A stretch of DNA of 63,152 bases, counting the filler, from Rhabdomonas costata (taxonomy: Eukaryota): NCBI GenBank assembly GCA_019059605.1. It is 32 parts of 32 records of this genome, joined end to end, with 100 filler letters (N's around TTAATTAATTAA, not from the genome) between each part and the next. Parts side by side here need not be neighbours in the genome. Positions count along the whole stretch, not along the records: positions 61,279 to 63,152 come from JAHMHO010007902.1; 31 more parts are not named here. The stretch is one strand, 5' to 3'. Below the pieces are notes generated by a model. That model saw only the letters and a list, made by a program, of their open reading frames with translations. It searched no databases and was not told the DNA's origin. Below, piece after piece: positions 61,594 to 63,152 of the stretch (position 1 is its first letter; each line of letters opens with the position of its first letter). The translations under genes and the position numbers were made by a program.

Positions 61594-62950
61594 GATAAGG
61601 GCTCGGCACCGACAACGCCCTTTGCTACAATTGACATTCCAGAGCCCGCGCTGGCAGTGATCCGCAAGAAACTCAAGGTGCCACGGTTCCCAGAGACCCG
61701 AGTGCATCCCAGGGGGCTGACCGCCTTCGCAATGATGTTCGCGCCCCACATTGTCGCAGTGGACCGCTTCGGGACGATTGTGGCAGGGCACCAGCTGCCC
61801 CCACGAACCGCCCTGGTGGGGCTGAAGTGGGTTAATGGGAGCACCATCTGCGGGCTGCTGGTGAAGTACGTCAGCACCTACGCCGAGAGGTCTGAGATGC
61901 TCTCCTGCCATGCCATGGTCCCGATAATCCCTGCACTTTGCTTCTGTTATTATGGTGCACTTCCTATATTTGGAAAGCACCACCGTTTCGCCAAGACCTT
62001 TCTTCTGTTCTGGATATTTGGCACTAAGGGGTTGAAGCCGATGCGCGCTGGGTCTTTATTTTGACTGCACAGAAAAGGCAAAAAAGGAAGCGAGGCCGTT
62101 CTGGCAGTGGCCCTTGAGCGGCTCTTTTTATCTCTCCCACTCGCCAGAGGGTTTGACATGACACCCACGAACATATTTGGCACAAAAGTCACGTTGTTCT
62201 TGCTTGCCTCAAAGGACCTCAGTCCTGAAAAATCCACTTGCTTGATGTGGTTGGTTTTTGTGGATGCTTGAATCCATGTTTATGTCGTGTTGATGCTTGT
62301 GCATCAATTTAATGCCTGGTGAGGTTTGCATTGTATGGCAAAGTCGCGATATGCGCATGCTCTTCATCAGAGTGGAGAGCGCCATGCCCTACCTTTTCAA
62401 CTTCTACACTGGGGCGGAGGAGCTGGTGCCGGTGCCCACCTTGCCCACCCTATTGCGCCACGATCTTGACTATGACCCCGGTGGGCAGACCTTCATGGCG
62501 GTGCGAAGCTACCTCCGCGCCTTCCCTCCCTCTGCCGCAGCGGTCAAGCCAGCCTCACACGGAGGCAGCACAACTGCCGATGCCGTTCTCTTGGATGAGC
62601 TCGTGGAGTTGGACCGCGCCGGTAGTTTATTTGGATGGGGGGAGAATCCAGCAGCAGCGGCGACGTCATTCGAAGACATCAGCCCAGGGCGAAGGGTTGC
62701 TGCGTGAAATAACGTGATATAACGGCCAGCGAATTCAAAGCGGATTTGTCAATGCCAGAATGCCAGGTTGCTCACTGCTTGAGTTTAGTTAGGTCTTTTC
62801 CTGATGCACCGTTGATGTTTTCCGCGCGGATAGTATGCAAATCAGGGATCGCCTGCCTTTTACTCATTCGGTATCGTGCAGGCAACGTGCTGTGGCAGTG
62901 GAAAGCCGAGAGCTGGGCTCCGTACAAAGCCTCCCAGTGGAACCCAGACG
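61594..62950 (+). CDS. Arylsulfotransferase (ASST)-like beta-propeller protein, exons 61594-61889, 62371-62621, 62882-62950
   Basis: IVAVDRFGTIV, LRHDLDYDP..QTFMAV, DELVELDRA-G-NVLWQWKA match the ASST HHD and D.ivE.D..G.vlW.W motifs. Phases (2, 1) are consistent. Confidence 0.7.
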
Positions 62951-63152
62951 GCAAGCATCCGATCACTGACTGCTCGGCTTACGGGCTGCGCCAGTGCAGG
63001 TCTGGTTGTACCCCGTTGCTTTAAAGAATCCAACCCAGGCACTGGAAAGCAAAGTGATGTCTGCCGAAACCCCAGAGCAGGCTATCGCGCAGCTAGAATG
63101 GCTTGAGTGAGACGTGCGGATCAATGTGGTCAGTAGTTGTCGGAGTGGGCTG

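Noticed and set aside
1..63152. rRNA, tRNA or spliced-leader RNA genes
   Set aside because: No recognisable conserved rRNA segments, cloverleaf or SL exon was seen by eye. An Infernal/tRNAscan search would be needed to exclude them.

Overview
This window is not a contiguous locus. It is 32 unrelated contigs of about 1.87-1.92 kb (mostly 1874-1878 nt, so size-sorted) joined by 31 artificial 100-nt linkers (N44-TTAATTAATTAA-N44, stop codons in all six frames). Neighbourhood across linkers therefore means nothing. The DNA is eukaryotic nuclear DNA: genes are split into short exons by mostly canonical GT-AG introns of about 80-750 nt. It is probably a euglenid/euglenozoan protist (inference from protein families). 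Most contigs start with G/T-only and end with C/A-only sequence, and several end in perfect fold-backs, which points to primer-based whole-genome amplification. Recognisable gene fragments: serine palmitoyltransferase LCB1, ARF1, LETM1, an ABC1/ADCK kinase, a kelch protein, DDX24/Mak5, APC2, a Cache-TM adenylate cyclase, an ankyrin repeat, DCN1-, BSD-, DUF6787- and GT11-like exons, a bacterial-type Ig (Big_9-like) domain, an arylsulfotransferase-like protein, a large intronless ZZ/MIB-SH3/DUF3638-like ORF and a NACHT (STAND) NTPase. Mobile-element remnants: two CRE-like non-LTR pieces, a decayed gypsy-like pol, a gag-like piece and a Merlin/IS1595-type transposase C-terminus. All family calls come from motif recognition by eye, not from database searches. 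No multi-gene system can be demonstrated. The best leads are single-contig ones: the NLR-like NACHT gene, the ABC1-kelch in-frame junction, bacterial-type domains carrying spliceosomal introns, and an in-frame TAG in an otherwise intact receptor-like gene.
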